Source of the DNA: Chiloscyllium plagiosum
Lineage: Eukaryota
Assembly (NCBI RefSeq): GCF_004010195.1
Contig: NC_057711.1
Location: forward strand, 69,773,321 to 69,837,320
Length of the DNA stretch: 64,000 nucleotides
Direction: 5' to 3'
The position numbers and the translations under genes are program-made. How positions within the stretch are numbered: position 1 is the stretch's first letter; each line of letters starts with the position of its first letter. A model generated the notes under the pieces. That model searched no databases and had not been told where the DNA came from. It saw only the letters and a program-made list of their open reading frames with translations. Below are positions 1 to 11,029 of this stretch, piece after piece.

Positions 1-293
1 CATTTCCCCTCCCCCCACCTTGTCTCAGTCAAATCCCTCGAACTCAGCACCGCCTTCCTAACCTGCAATCTTCTTCCTGACCCCTCCTCCCCCACCGCAC
101 TCCGGCCTATCACCCTCACCTTGACCTCCTTCCACCTATCGCATTTCCCATGTCCCTCCTCCCTACCTTTTAGCTTAGCCTGCTGGGCACACTTTCCTCA
201 TTCCTGACGAAGGGCTTATGCCCGAAACGTCGATTCTCCTGTTCCTTGGATGCTGCCTGACCTGCTGCGCTTTTCCAGCAACACATTTTCAGC
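1..293 (+). mobile_element. Penelope-like element 3' end (young Neptune-type family A), cut by the window edge
   Basis: C/T-rich 3' region, then CTGACGAAGGGCTTATGCCCGAAACGTC and tail GATGCTGCCTGACCTGCTGCGCTTTTCCAGC; nearly identical to the end of the GIY-YIG-coding copy at 17809-18050. Confidence 0.85.
204..231 (+). ncRNA. Minimal hammerhead ribozyme motif (family A)
   Basis: CTGACGA-A-GGGC ttat GCCC-GAAA-CGTC; core intact, ACGT palindrome in place of helix III. Confidence 0.65.
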
Positions 294-1027
294 GTTGTAT
301 ATACTCCCCTAAGTTGTCGTGGGAATGTGGGGAAAGGTTTTAAACAGGAAATTGAAGAGATGCAAGCAATAAAGATATAGCTGAAATCCTGGGTGACCTT
401 AATCTGCATGCAGGTTGGGCAAATCAAATCAGTAATAATATTTTAGAGGAGGAATTCCTCGAGATGGTATGGAATGATTTTCTGAATCAATACATTGAGA
501 CTGGTATTGTGTAATGAGACAGGAGTAACTGGCTGTCCATTAGTGTTAAAGTTCTGAGACTATACTCCACCTCAAAAAAGGAAACTACAATGATAGAGTT
601 TGATCTGGCTATGCTAAATTGGGAATGTTACAGAAAGGGATGTTGGTGGATGGGTAATAGCAAACATTTAAAGAATGTATGGAAAATCTAACAATTGTTT
701 GTTCAAATCTGGCACAGAAACAAAACAGGAAAAGTGGTATGACCATGCCAATCAAGGGCATATGTATAATATTATACCCAAGGAAGGGCCATAGAAATTG
801 GCCAAAAAAAGCAGCACACCTGAGGATTGGGAGCAGTTCAGATTTCAGCAAACGAGGACAAAGGGATTAATTAAGAGGAGGAAAGTGGGAAACATACAAA
901 ATGAAAGTTTACTTTAGGAATGTGATGAGAAAGATTAATGATGACAAATGTCTTATGACTTGCAGCCAGAAACACAGAAAGCTGTAATGGAGAAAAAAGG
1001 GATGGCAGGTCAATTAAATATTTACTT

Positions 1028-1516
1028 AGAGTCATAGGGATATACAGCACGGAAACAGATGCTTCAGTCCAACTTGTCCATGCCGACCAGATATCCCAAC
1101 CCAATCTATCCTACCTGCCAGCACCTGGTGCATATCCCTCCAAATCCTTTCTATTCATATGCCCACCTAGATGCCTTTTAAATGTTGCAATTGTACCAGC
1201 CTCCACTTCCTCTGGCAGCTCATTCCATACACATACCACCCTCTGTGTGAGACAATTACCCCTTAAGTCTCTTTTATATCTTTTCCCTCTCACCCTAAAC
1301 CTATGCCCTCTAATTCTGGATTCCCCCCATCCCAGGGAAAAGACCTTGTCTATTTACCCTATCCATGCCCCTTATGATTTTATAAACCTCTATAAGGTCA
1401 CCCCTCAGCCTCCACCGCTCCAGGAAAAACAGCCCCAGCCTGTTCAACCTCTCCCTATAGCTGAAATCCTCCAAACCTGGCAATATTCTTGTAAATCTTT
1501 TCTGAACCCTTTCCAA
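1028..1516 (-). mobile_element. HER1/CR1 LINE 3' fragment
   Basis: ORF remnants ERVQKRFTRILPGLEDFSYRERLNRLGLF and QRVVCVWNELPEEV, plus 3' UTR ending ...ATGACTCTA. Confidence 0.9.
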
Positions 1517-1559
1517 TAGGAAGGAGACTTTGTTTCTCTCTTCTTAAAAGAAGGCACAA

Positions 1560-2235
1560 ATAATGTCCCATAAAGTGTTAGGGAATACAGGATCTAGTGA
1601 AACTGAAGGAAATCAGCATTACTGGGGAAATGGTGTTCGGGCATTTTGTGGAAATTAAAGGCCAAAAGATATCCAGGGCTCGATTATCTACATCTAAAAG
1701 TATTTAAGGAAATAGCCCTTGAAATATTTGATGCATTGGTGGTCATCTTTTTACAAAATTCTAAAGGCTCTGGAACAGTTTCTACGGATTGAAGAGTAAC
1801 TAATGTAACCATGCTATTTAAAAGAGGGTCAAGAGAAAACAGGGAATTAATGAGTGGTAAGCCTGACATAAATACAATCCATTACTTAAGAATTAGTAGC
1901 AGAGCTTTTGGAGATCACAGAGAGTCAGCATAGATTTATGAAAAGAAAATCAAATTTGACTAAACTATTGGAATGTTTCAAGAATGTAATATGTTTGTTG
2001 ATTAGGGAAAGCCAGAGGATGTGGTTTACTTGGACTTTTAGCAGACCATCTTTTCAAATAAGATCCCCCATAAGAGGTTAGTGTATAAAATTAAAGGCAT
2101 GGGATTGAAAGCAGTGTATTGATATGGATAGAGAACAGGTTGGCAGACAGGAAACAAAGAGTAGGAATGAATGGGTCTTTTTCCGAGGGGCAGGCAGTGA
2201 TTAGTGGGGTACAGTAGGGATTGGTGCTTGGACAT
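1560..2235 (+). mobile_element. Degenerate CR1 LINE ORF2 (RT N-terminal region)
   Basis: Decayed matches to CR1 motifs (NVT.LFKRG.R, SQH.FM.RKS.LT.LLE, DVVYLDF); stops and frameshifts. Confidence 0.75.
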
Positions 2236-2239
2236 TAAT

Positions 2240-2535
2240 TATTCACAAATACATGTAAATCCTGCCCCTCAGAATTCCCTCCAATAACTTACCTACCACT
2301 GATGTCAAGCTCACTAATGCCCTTACCACCTTTCTTAAATAATGGCACACAATAGCCACCCTGATCTTAGCTGTGGCTATCGATATTACAAATATCTCAA
2401 CAAAGGGCCCAGCAATCACTTCCTTAACTATCCACAAAGTTCTGGCATTCACCTGATCAGGTCCTGGGAATTTATCCACATTTATGCATTTTTAAGATGT
2501 TCAACACCGCCTTTTCTGTAATATGGACATTTTTC
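2240..2535 (-). mobile_element. CR1 LINE ORF2 fragment
   Basis: ORF DKFPGPDQVNARTLWIVKEVIAGP...VSLTSVVGKLLEGILRGRIY. Confidence 0.8.
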
Positions 2536-3121
2536 CTTGTGTTTCTGTGAAGTTGGTGCATTTCCCTTTGTTCCTCTTTCACCTCTGAACACCTTTGAGA
2601 GTGAAGAATCTTTTGATATTCATCTTGATTGAGTCCCAGCAAAATCCTGAAGACTCGGAGGTTCTTCATGGTTCTGCAATCAAGATCCCTTTGGAGTTCC
2701 TCAGTTTCCTCATGTTCAGTTTGTATATGTTCCTCTACAACCCCTCTTATGTTCTTGTAGCTGATCATCAGATTCTTCCTGCAGCAGAATATCCAAGCTG
2801 GAGAAATCTAAGTAATTTCTTCCTGATCAGACTCATGGTTCATAGAACCACCATCATGACCATCGTCCTTTGCAGTTGTGGTATGTTAATGCATAATCCT
2901 GCAGAAGTAGCAGGTCAGCTTTACACTTGGCTGGGTAATCCAAGATTGAAACACTTAATATTATGCATGTTAATTAAAACAATCTTGACACTTTTTTAAA
3001 ATTTTTTTTTGTCACTTACACCATAATTCGTCTTTTACAGTTTAAGTTGTTAGGTTTGCTCCTGCAATCTTAGAGTGATTATATATAGTTTCACCTGTGG
3101 TGGTTTAAGGAAACTGCCCTG

Positions 3122-3442
3122 TTAGAATCATAGTATCCCTGCACACCAACACTCCAAAAAGCATCCCACATAGGCCTACCCCTGCTATCCCTGTAACCCT
3201 GCATTTTCCAAGGCTAATCCACCAAGCCTGCACATCCCTAGATACAATGGGATAACTTAGTATGGCCAATACACCTAAACTGTGCATCTTTCGATTGTGG
3301 GAGGAAACCTGAGCACCTGCAGGAAACTCACGCAGACACAAAGAGAATGTGTAAACCATACAGTCACCTGTGGCTGGAATTGAGCCCGGATCCCTGGCAC
3401 TGTGAGGTAGCTGTGCTAACCACAAAGTCAATGTGCCGCCCC
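3122..3442 (-). mobile_element. HE1-type tRNA-derived V-SINE
   Basis: Reverse complement of GGCGGCAC..TGGTTAGCAC..CCTCACAG head and GTGTCTGCGTGAGTTTCC..GGTTTCCTCCCACA V-domain. Confidence 0.85.
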
Positions 3443-3852
3443 ATTATAACTGTTGTGTCCCATTAGAATTGTCCATCTGAGGTGGAGTTGATGGGTTAAT
3501 GCAGGATGCAGAGTTTGGACTGTTACCTATTAGAGAACCCATCCCCACCTCCATCACCACCATCCCTGAACACTTCCCATTGATGGGGGTTTCTGTGATC
3601 ACTTCTCAAATTTGCACTGGCCTCTTAACTGTTGCTCAAATCCCTCCTTCACTAGAACCCTCAACCTTTGTGACTCTTCTGAAGTGCCATTTTTATCTAA
3701 ACAGCCACAGTTGTTCTCATCTATATTGGAAGCTAGAGTATTTTATTTGTTCTGGAGCCTAGACTGGTTCTCGTTGGGATAATGCCCGTTTTGGACTTCA
3801 TTGCAAGTTTAAACTCCTCTAGTTGTACTGCTGCTGGTGCCTCCTCCTTCAA

Positions 3853-4216
3853 TGTGAGCACTGCAGATGCTGGAGATCAGAGTTGAAGAGTGTGGTGCTG
3901 GAAAAGCACAGCTGGTCAGGCAGCATCTGAGGAGCAGAAGCATCAACGTTTTGAGCATAAACTCTTCTTCAGGAACGAGGGGGTGGCCTAAAGGGGCTGA
4001 GAGATAAATGGGGGGATGAGGTGATGGGGCTGGGAGAAAGGTAGCTGAGAATGCAATAAGTACTTGAAATTGGAGGTGAAGGTGATTGATCGGAGAGGAG
4101 GGTGGAGCTGATAGGTGGGAAGGAAGATGGACAGACAGGATAGCTTAAGAAGACGGTGCCGAGTTGGAAGGTTGGAACTGGGTAAGGTGGTGGGGAGGAG
4201 AAATGAGGAAACTGAT
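3853..4216 (-). mobile_element. Penelope-like element 3' end (family A), decayed hammerhead
   Basis: Reverse complement of the tail seen at 1-293; hammerhead GAAA mutated to AAAA. Confidence 0.8.
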
Positions 4217-4406
4217 GCATGACAGATTGCATAACTACATGAAATGCCCAGGTATACCTTTATTTTTGCTGTGTACTATTTAACATAGTACTGATTTAAC
4301 AGTTAAGCCCAAGCTGTAGGTAATGCTTCCCATATCTTTTTACTGCTTCAGGGAATGAGGGATGCTACAAAAGGATCGTGGATTACAGGCATATGGCTCA
4401 AGCTCA

Positions 4407-4634
4407 TGATTTGGAGTGCCAGTGTTGTACTGGGGTGTACAAAATTAAAAATCATACAACACCAGGTTATAGTCCAACAGGTTTATTTGGAAGCACTAGC
4501 TTTCGGAGCACTGCTCCTTCATCACACAACCACCTGATGAGCATAAACTCCTGATGAAGGAGCAGCCCTCTGAAAGCTAGTGCTTTCAAATAACCCTATT
4601 GGACCACAACCTGGTGTTGTGTGATTTTTAACCT
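4407..4634. mobile_element. Head-to-head palindromic PLE-terminus module (family B) with 13-bp TSD
   Basis: Inverted arms ~4445-4524 / ~4552-4632; TSD TGGCTCAAGCTCA at 4394-4406 and 4635-4647; hammerhead-like CTGATGA-A-GGAG..CTCT-GAAA-GCTA at 4551-4579. Confidence 0.8.
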
Positions 4635-5025
4635 TGGCTCAAGCTCAGAAATAGAGCTGCCTGTTCTTGCATTGCATGTGCCAAAGACAAAACTAAGAGA
4701 AATAAGAATCAACAATATGTGGTTCTGGAGCAAGAATACATAGTTATATTTCGGGTCGAGGATCAGAATGAATGAGGAAATATGCAACTATTTTAGCTGG
4801 GAATATGAATTTCTTGCTTCAAAGATGAATTGACAATATTTCAGAACCCCATTTCTAAGAAAAGTTTCTCTGGATTATGTGTCTAAATTTTGTAATAATC
4901 TTATTATAGATTTGCTTTTTGTGTCGTTCATTCTCTGGTATTTTAGGTACACTCTCAGTCGCTAATACTGGTTTAGCAGCCTTGAGTCAAATTCCTTTTT
5001 CTTCAGTGATCGCTGCTGTATGCTG

Positions 5026-5093
5026 GATCAGTGGTGCTGGAAGAGCACAGCAATTCAGGCAGCATCCAACGAGCAGCGAAATCGACGTTTCGG
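5026..5093 (-). mobile_element. Short PLE tail insertion (family A-like) with 14-bp TSD
   Basis: TSD GCTGC(T/A)GTATGCTG at 5012-5025 and 5094-5107; carries only the 3' half of the hammerhead (GCCCGAAACGTC). Confidence 0.8.
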
Positions 5094-5189
5094 GCTGCAG
5101 TATGCTGTCTACTGCAAATCTGTCCTGTAGTATGAAATCTAACCTCTCAGTATGATATTTAAATTAAATCCCAGAGGTAGAGCTGAATA

Positions 5190-5497
5190 AAACGCACATG
5201 TTTCACGCGGAACAAAGCGCTGGGCGTTCTAGAATCTCTGGAATGGAACTCAGCCAGAGTTGCAACATTCCATCGTCGGAATCACGTGACGCGGGCAGAC
5301 GTTCACGTGGCTTTTTGTTGCAAATGGCTTTTGGCTGATCCCGAATGTCACTGTGTTGATCCAGGCGGGAAGAAGCTTTCTGAACAGAGACGGCACTGCG
5401 GGTTGTCTTCTCCATATATGCATATATATTTTTAAAGTAGCAATCGCAGTACTTTGTTTGGTTCTGTGATTTCTTATTTTGGAAGCTCCTTTGCACC
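5190..5497 (+). promoter_or_regulatory. SNX24: Putative SNX24 promoter / 5' UTR, CpG-enriched, paired E-boxes
   Basis: Local CpG enrichment against a CpG-poor background; ATCACGTGAC (5281-5290) and TTCACGTGG (5302-5310) just upstream of the start codon; TSS not determinable. Confidence 0.6.
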
Positions 5498-5569
5498 ATG
5501 CACCACATGATAGAAGTGGCCATTCCGTCTTTCAGATATGAGGAGAGCGATCTCGAAAGAGGATACACG
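5498..5569 (+). CDS. SNX24: Sorting nexin-24, first coding exon (start of PX domain)
   Basis: MHHMIEVAIPSFRYEESDLERGYT matches the recalled vertebrate SNX24 N-terminus (MEVYIPSFRYEESDLERGYT); Kozak-like GCACCATG; phase-0 donor ACG|GTAAGG at 5570. Confidence 0.92.
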
Positions 5570-6234
5570 GTAAGGAAAGGCGGATTCTTTCCGCGACATT
5601 GCAGAGTTAAGCACATCATTAAAAACTGGCAGCCGGGCTTCTTCCTTCATTTCTTACCTGCACGTACGTACGGCTCATTCCCACACGTCTGCCAATGAAG
5701 CGTATAAACCCAGGAAGGACCCCTGGGAGGATAAGGAGCTGGCATTTGCTGAGCGTTCGCACCAAGTTCTAAATCTTTCATGTTTTTGCTCCAACTCTTG
5801 CGCTTCACGAGCATTCTCCACTGATACACAAAAAGGTTACAACTGTGTTCTGTAAGTCTGTACCAGTCCTTGTAAGTGGGAGAAAAAGTTAAGTTTACCA
5901 CGATTTTGTTCTGGTGACGTTACTGTCGTATCCATCCTTGTTCTGGACGATCCTCCCTGTTGGAGGGAAATGTTAACTTGTTTTGTGAATTTGCGTTCAA
6001 GCATCAATGAAATCAATAATTTACACACTTTTGTTTGTAAGACGTTGAATACCTACCTGCACTGTGTCTTATTTTCTTGTTACTCAAATTCCACCGAAAA
6101 GGTTCTGTAACATTCAGCTTGTTAGAAATATGATAATAGTTCGTAGCAATTTATTTTGCATGTGCAAAACCAGCTCTTAGGCTTTTAAGCTTAATGAGGT
6201 AGTCAGTTCAAAACATTAGGTGTTTTAATTTTTT

Positions 6235-6688
6235 TGAGGCCAGAGTTAGAGGATTTGAGCTATAAGGAGAGGCTGAGTAGACTAGGGCCGTTTTCCCTGG
6301 AGCGTCGGAGGCTGAGGATTGACCTTATAGAGGTTTATAAAATAATGAGGAGCATGGATAGGATAAATAGACAAAGTCTTTTCCCCGGGATGGGGGAGTC
6401 CAGAACAAGGGGAAAAAATTTAGGGTGAGAGGGAAAAGATATAAAAGGGACCTTAAGGGACAACTTTTTCATGCAGAGGGTGGTACATGTATGGAATGAG
6501 CTGCCAGAGGAAGTGGTGGAGGTTGGTAAAATTGCAACATTTAAAAAGCATCTGGATGGGTATATGAATTTAGAGGGATATGGGCCGGGTGCTGGCAGAT
6601 GGGCTAAATTGGGTTGGGATATCTGGCCGGCATGGATGGGTTGGACCAAAGGGTCTGTTTCCGTGCCGTACATTTCTATGACTCTATG
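6235..6688 (+). mobile_element. HER1/CR1 LINE 3' fragment
   Basis: ORF remnants LEDLSYKERLSRLG and MQRVVHVWNELPEEVV; 3' UTR. Confidence 0.9.
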
Positions 6689-6887
6689 GTACATAAAACA
6701 GCAATAATTAAAAGGCCATAAAATATTGCATTACCATAAACACTCTTGGTCAAACAAGATGAAGAATTTCAATCTATACCACATGTGCTGTGGGAAAAAT
6801 AACTAGCAGTATAATTACTTATTTATGCTTGTGGTTGAAAAGGATAGTTTGAATGGTTTAATTTAGGACAAAATACTGGTCATGTTG

Positions 6888-7350
6888 AGACTAGACTGGG
6901 GATGTTTTCCCTGAAGTGTTGGAGCCTGACGGGTGACCTTTATGGAGGTTTATAAAATGAGGGGCATGGATAGGGTAAATAGGCAAGGCCTTTTCCCAGG
7001 ATTGGAGGAGTCCAGGACTAGACGGCATATGTTTAGGGTGAGAGGGGAAAGATTTAAAAGGGACCTAAGGGGCAACGTTTTCACGCAGAGGGTCGTGTGT
7101 GTATGGAATGAGCTGCCTGAGGAAGTGGTGGAGGCTGGTACAATTATAACATTTAAAAGGCATCTGGATAGATACATGAATGGGAAGGGTTTTGACGGAT
7201 ATGCCTGGCCTGCTGCCTGACCTGTGCTTTTCCAGTGCCACACTTTTCAACTTTACAGAGATGTGGGACTAGATTAAATTAGGATATCTGGTTTGCATGG
7301 ACGAGTCTGATCGAAGAGTCTGTTTCTATGCTGTACATCTCTATGACTAC
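6888..7350 (+). mobile_element. HER1/CR1 LINE 3' fragment with a small PLE-tail piece at ~7210-7252
   Basis: ORF 6933-7220; embedded TGCTGCCTGACCTGTGCTTTTCCAG. Confidence 0.85.
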
Positions 7351-8204
7351 TACTTTTCTTTGATAAACAAAGAACTTGGATGCTGGAGATCTGAAATGAA
7401 AACAGAAACTCAGCAGATCTGTGGAGAGAAAACAGAGTTAACATTTTGCGTCTAATGATCGTTTGTGAGAATTCAGTAGCTAGGCAAAAAATGGAATGTA
7501 TGCTGAAGATGGGTGTGGGTGGGGAAAGGAATGAGAGGATAGGTGGACACGGAACCGAGAGAGAGAGGGAGACAGACTGAGGAATGAGTGATAATATGCC
7601 AAGGAAGAAAAAAAAGCTGGTTATGAAAATGGTTTTGATGTGCTGAAAGCAGCCCATATCATAACAGGGTGTGGGGGATGGGTCAAGGACATAGAAGAAG
7701 GTATCAGACTCAGTGTTGGAGTCCTGAAGGCTGCAGTGTTCCCAAGTGGAAAATGAGCTGCTTTTCCAACTTGCCCTGAGCCTCACTGGATCACTGCAGC
7801 AGGCAGAAATGTTCGTCAGGGAACAGGGTGGCAGCTGGAAGCCTGGGGACATTTTTGCAGACAGAACATATTGTTCGGCAACATTTCTGTCTGCATTTCG
7901 TTTCCTCGATGTAAGGGAGATCTTGTTGTGAGCGGTAAATATAGTTGTTTAGATTGATTGAAGGGCAGAAAAATTGCTGCTTCACCTGGAAGGTGTGTCT
8001 GGAGTCTTGGATACTGAGGAGAGAAGAAGTAAACGGGCAGTGGAACGTATATGGGGATGTGTAGGGAGTGAAGTAGGAGTGGGCCAGGGTTTCCCAGAGG
8101 GAACAGTTCTTACAGAATGCTGATGAGGGAGAGGAGGGGAATATGTGGCAGACGTGGCAGCTTATGATGATTTGAATGTGGATGGTGATAGATTAGATTA
8201 GATT

Positions 8205-8410
8205 ACAAGGTTTGTGAAGATTTGTAGCTCAGGTTGAGGTTTAGGGTGTAGGTTTGCTCGCTGAGCTGTATGTTTGATATCCAGACGTTTCATTACCTGG
8301 CTAGGTAACATCATCAGTGGCGAGCTCCAAGTGAAGCGAAGCTGTTGTCTCCTGCTTTCTATTTATATCTTTCTCCCGGATGGGGTTCCTGGGGTCTGTG
8401 GTGATCACAG
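8205..8410 (-). mobile_element. PLE terminus, third family (Poseidon-type, family C)
   Basis: Sequence unrelated to families A and B; contains the hammerhead motif at 8281-8320. Confidence 0.65.
8281..8320 (-). ncRNA. Minimal hammerhead ribozyme motif (family C), best-formed copy
   Basis: Reverse complement CCA-CTGATGA-T-GTTACCT agcc AGGTAAT-GAAA-CGTC-TGG: 3-bp helix I, 7-bp helix II, ACGT palindrome, GUC cleavage triplet. Confidence 0.75.
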
Positions 8411-8461
8411 TCCCATTTCCCTCTGATTAATGAACCTATCACTATGGACAATTTAGCATGG

Positions 8462-8615
8462 TAAGAACAATGACTGAAGATGCTGGAAACCAGAGTCTAG
8501 ATTAGAGTGGTGCTGGAAAAACACAGCAGTTCCGGCAGCATCCGAGGAGCAGTAAAATCGACGTTTTGGGCAAATTCCTGATGAAGGGCTTTTGCCCGAA
8601 ACGTCGATTTTACTG
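8462..8615. mobile_element. Fold-back PLE-terminus module (family A-like) with 13-bp TSD; + strand hammerhead at 8578-8605
   Basis: TSD CAATTTAG(C/T)ATGG at 8449-8461 and 8616-8628; inverted arms GCAGTAAAATCGACGTTTTGGGCAAA / TTTGCCCGAAACGTCGATTTTACTGC. Confidence 0.8.
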
Positions 8616-11029
8616 CAATTTAGTATGGCCAATTCACCTGACCTGCACACCTTTGGACTGTGGGAGGAAGCCAGAGCACCCGGAGGAAACCTATGCAGAC
8701 ACTGGGAGAATGTGCAAACTCCACACAGTCATCCAAGGCTGGAATTGAACCTGGGACCCTGTTGCTGTGAGGCAGCAATGCTGACCATTGAGCCACGGTG
8801 CCGCCGCTAAATGATGTGGGAAATGAGGATTGGAGGACCTTTATCATTTCTATAGGAGAGAAGAGATGAGTGCATGAAATAGATCGGATATGGTTAAGGG
8901 CCCTGCCAATGATGATAATGGGGAATCCTTGTTTGAGGGAAAAGGTGGATATTTCTGAGGCTCCCACTGCAGAAGGTGGCATGATCAGAACGGGTGCGAC
9001 AGACATAGAGAAACTGGAAAAATGGAATAGAGTCTTTATAGGAAGCAGGATGTGAGCTTCTATACTCAAGATAACAGGGGTCAGTGGGTTTTCAGTGGAT
9101 ATCAATGGCAAGCCTATCCCCAGAAATGGAAACAGGGAGGACAAGGAAAGCAAAGGAGGAGTTGGCGATGTACCAGGTGAAGATGAGAGCAGGGTGGAAA
9201 TTGGAAGCAAAATTGATAAATTGAATTGGTTTTCCCTTTATTTTTCTCAGTTTTGGTCTTGGAACTATGAATTGCAGTTTAAAATAGAACTTTGAACAAC
9301 AGCTTACTTTTAAAAAACAAAGAGCGAACAAAAGACTGATGTTTGCTGTTGCAAACTGTTCTGAAAAGATAATGCAGGTTAAATATTGCAGTGAGATTAT
9401 TTGGCACCGAGAAGTTGTTATGCTATGGGACTGGCAATTAGTTGGATGCTGCTTTGGTCAATCAAGGAAAAACCAGTGCTGGCTGGGCCAACCAAACAGA
9501 ATGTTGAAAAGGAAGAGAAAATGAAAATGAAGAGTGAACTGACCCTGACTGGGTTTTCGGCCAGGAGGTAGTGTTGTTTCAGAAGCTGCTGGATTAGGAA
9601 ACTGCTTTTGATTTTGTGCTTTAACATAATTCTTCAGTTATCGACTTGTTGAAAGTTCTGAGAAAAGAACTCTAGTGTGTAACAAATAAGTAAAGGTTTC
9701 CACAGATCTGTGGAAATTATTTTGCATTGCTCGGTGACTTCAGAATTCAAGCAGGATGTGCAGTCATATGTGCCTCTAATACATCCCTTCGTCAAGTGAT
9801 TACATGAAGGCTTGGTGTTCATCATTGAAATGCTTATTAAACTTGCAAATGCCATTTTTAAATTTGCTTTTTTAATTGGTCCCTTACTGTGTGTGTCAAT
9901 CTGCCGCTGAGTGAGGATTTGTATTCAAAGAAGATTGGGCTTAGATGGGAGATATTCTTTGGATTGCCTGTGTTGTGCAAAAGTTTAATTATTAATAAAT
10001 TGTTTATTTTTGTTTATACATTTGATATCCATAATCTTTTAGTTATACATTCTAGTTAGGTACAATTCAGCAATTGTCAGGGTCACTGAATGTTTTAATT
10101 TCATGGTTATAAATCCTTTGATACTGAAGCTGATTTGGTTTGGCTTGCTTTCTGGATCGGTATATGGTGATGAATTTGAAGCACATTTTGTTTTAATTTA
10201 TTTGTGGGATGTGGGTGTCGCTGACTGGCCAGCATTTATTGCCCATCCCTAGTTGCCCTTGAGAAGGTGGTGATGTGTTGCCTTCACTGAAGTCCACCTG
10301 CTGTGGGTTGCCCCACAATGCTATTAGAGAGGGAATTCCAGGATTTTGAATCAGTGACAGTGAAGAACTGCAGCATATTTCCAAGTTGAGATTGTGAGTG
10401 GTTTGAAGGTGGTGGTGTTCCCATGTCTCTGCTGCCCTTGTTCTAGGTGCAAGTGATTGTGGGTTTGGAAGGTGCTGTCTCAGAATCTTTTTGAATTTCT
10501 GCAATGCATCTTGTAGATAGTACGCACTGCTTCCAATGAGCATAGGTGGTGGAAGGAGTGGATGCTTGTGGATGTGGTGCAAATCAAGTAGGCTGCCTTG
10601 TCCTGGAATGTGTCAAGCATCTTGTGTTGTAGGAGCTGCACTCATCCAGGCAAGTGGGGAGTATTCCATCATCCTCCTGACTTGTGCCTTGTAGGTGGTG
10701 GACAGGCTTTGGAGAGTCAGGAGGTGAGTTACTCATCTCGGTATTCCTAGTCTCTGACCTACTGTTATAGTCACTGTGTTTATGTGGCCAGTCTATTTGA
10801 GTTTGTGGTCAGTGATAACCCCCAGGATGTCAATAATGGGGAAATTCAGACATGGTAACACTATTGAATGTCAAGGGGTTGTGGTTAGACAATGTATCTC
10901 TCCCTTATTGGTGATGGTCATAGTCTGGCATTTGTGTAGCATAAATGCTACTTGACACTTGTCAGCCCAAGCCTGGATACTGTTCAGATCATGTTGCATT
11001 TGAACATGGACTGCTTCAGTATCTGAGGA

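Larger units (their letters stand above)
8190..8807 (-). mobile_element. HE1-type V-SINE, interrupted by two PLE modules
   Basis: Head at ~8807 (rc GCGGCGGCACCGTGGCTCAATGG), V-domain at 8630-8720, (GATTA)n tail at 8190-8207. Confidence 0.8.
7365..9215 (-). mobile_element. Old Penelope-like element (RT thumb/GIY-YIG/3' tail), interrupted by nested insertions at ~8190-8807
   Basis: Minus-strand remnants resembling PLE 'LPFLDL.ISI', 'IPFSQF...ICS' and 'YIEETK'; tail at 7365-7450. Confidence 0.7.

Noticed and set aside
5203..5619. 138-aa minus-strand ORF over the promoter
   Set aside because: Antisense to SNX24 exon 1/promoter, no recognisable motif; likely chance
5570..5698. Continuation of the 66-aa ORF past RGYT
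   Set aside because: SNX24 similarity stops at the GTAAGG donor; the rest is intron read-through
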